A program made the position numbers and the translations under genes. Below are positions 63,013 through 64,000 of a stretch of DNA of 64,000 nucleotides, piece after piece. Within the stretch, counting starts at the first letter, position 1. The number at the start of each line of letters is the position of its first letter. A model generated the notes under the pieces. The model was not told the origin of the DNA, searched no databases, and saw nothing but the letters and a program-made list of their open reading frames with translations. The stretch comes from Alphaproteobacteria bacterium (GTDB lineage Bacteria; Pseudomonadota; Alphaproteobacteria; CADEGL01): assembly GCA_046153685.1 (NCBI GenBank), contig JBJXGH010000180.1, forward strand, positions 14,604 to 78,603, read 5' to 3'.

Positions 63013-64000
63013 ATGAGCCATTTTCTCGACCGCCTGCAATTCTTCCGCCGGAACGTAGAAGCGTTCTCGCACGGCCACGGCACGGTGACGAACGAGTCGC
63101 GCGACTGGGAGGATTCCTACCGTCAGCGTTGGGCGCACGACAAAATCGTGCGCTCGACCCACGGCGTAAACTGCACGGGATCGTGCTCGTGGAAGATCTA
63201 CGTGAAGGGCGGAATCGTCACCTGGGAAACTCAGCAGACCGATTACCCGCGCACGCGACCCGATTTACCCAATCACGAGCCGCGCGGCTGTGCGCGCGGC
63301 GCCAGCTATTCCTGGTATCTCTACAGCGCCAATCGGCTGAAATACCCGATGATTCGCGGTCGATTGCTGCGTGCCTGGCGCGCCGCCAAGGCCAAGCACG
63401 GCGATCCTGTCCTGGCCTGGCGCGCCATCGTGGACGATCCGGTGGCCGCGCGCGAATACAAGAGCGTGCGCGGGCAGGGTGGTTTCGCGCGCGCGAGTTG
63501 GGAGGAAGCCGAGGAAATCATTGCCGCGGCCAATATCCACACGGTCAAGACGCATGGTCCGGACCGCGTCATCGGCTTTTCGCCGATCCCGGCCATGTCG
63601 ATGGTCTCCTATGCGGCGGGTGCACGCTATCTGTCGCTACTCGGCGGCGCGTGCCTGAGCTTCTACGACTGGTACTGCGATCTGCCTCCATCCTCGCCGC
63701 AGACCTGGGGCGAGCAAACGGACGTGCCCGAAAGCGCCGATTGGTACAACTCGACCTTTCTCATGCTGTGGGGTTCGAATGTGCCGCAGACGCGCACGCC
63801 CGACGCGCACTTCCTCACCGAGGTTCGTTACAAGGGCGCGAAAGCCGTCGTCGTCACGCCCGATTACAGCGAGGCCTCGAAATTCGCCGATCTGTGGCTT
63901 GCGCCCAAGCAAGGCACCGACGCCGCGCTCGCCATGGCCATGGGCCACGTCATCCTCACGGAATGGCACCGCGACGGCAAAAGCAAATATTTCAACGACT
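63013..64000 (+). CDS. narG: Respiratory nitrate reductase alpha subunit NarG, N-terminal 329 codons (continues beyond window end)
   Basis: Translation from ATG 63013 (GGAG SD) reads MSHFLDRLQFFRRNVEAFSHGHGTVTNESRDWEDSYRQRWAHDKIVRSTHGVNCTGSCSWKIYVKGGIVTWETQQTDYPRTRPDLPNHEPRGCARGASYSWYLYS..., the canonical NarG N-terminus with the H-x3-C-x3-C Fe-S motif. It is absent from the ORF track because no stop falls inside the window. Confidence 0.9.
   Translation, partial: MSHFLDRLQFFRRNVEAFSHGHGTVTNESRDWEDSYRQRWAHDKIVRSTHGVNCTGSCSWKIYVKGGIVTWETQQTDYPRTRPDLPNHEPRGCARGASYSWYLYSANRLKYPMIRGRLLRAWRAAKAKHGDPVLAWRAIVDDPVAAREYKSVRGQGGFARASWEEAEEIIAAANIHTVKTHGPDRVIGFSPIPAMSMVSYAAGARYLSLLGGACLSFYDWYCDLPPSSPQTWGEQTDVPESADWYNSTFLMLWGSNVPQTRTPDAHFLTEVRYKGAKAVVVTPDYSEASKFADLWLAPKQGTDAALAMAMGHVILTEWHRDGKSKYFND

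Noticed and set aside
60461-63083. ORFs 60461..61492 (-), 61682..63016 (+) and 61977..63083 (-)
   Set aside because: They overlap narK1 and narK2 in wrong frames; His/Arg/Gly-rich translations.

Overview
This is a 64 kb, very GC-rich (about 65-70%) chromosomal segment, probably from an alphaproteobacterium; all calls rest on reading the supplied six-frame translations and the raw sequence by eye. Most long opposite-strand ORFs are GC artefacts. Start codons were re-anchored by eye.

Layout:
- 1-17.2 kb: a cell-surface glycan (LPS/EPS-type) cluster. It holds GT4/GT2/GT9 glycosyltransferases, a Wzx flippase, AsnB-type amidotransferase, a methyltransferase, a NodU-type carbamoyltransferase and HldE. 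It ends in a mycobacterial-type polyprenyl-phospho-arabinose donor module: a HAD-UbiA fusion, DprE1, DprE2 and a GT-C transferase.
- 17.2-26.4 kb: housekeeping and oxidoreductase genes (arginase-fold protein, RlmM-like, GstA, enolase-superfamily, FrhB-like, two FAD oxidases).
- 26.7-31.6 kb: RND efflux pair plus a small lipoprotein, with no outer-membrane factor.
- 31.6-41.7 kb: flavoenzymes, a transporter, a PhyH dioxygenase, a fused double EctC-like cupin, an ABM protein and a DUF1007/RcnA metal-transporter pair.
- 41.8-48.5 kb: a decayed island. It carries IS3- and IS6-family fragments, a truncated ABC ATPase, a chrA pseudogene, short tandem repeats and an intact HNH_2 nuclease that looks like a type IV restriction enzyme.
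- 48.8-59.3 kb: an oxygenase-rich block (fatty-acid hydroxylase, deacetylase, PhyH, 2OG-oxygenase-like, KstD-like, acyl-CoA ligase) and a second double-EctC paralog.
- 59.4-64 kb: a Crp/Fnr regulator with two FNR-type boxes, narK1, narK2 and the start of narG.

Most second-look-worthy: the arabinose-donor module in a Gram-negative glycan cluster, the paired double-EctC proteins, the HNH nuclease, and a small Cys-rich peptide next to an atypical arginase-fold protein.
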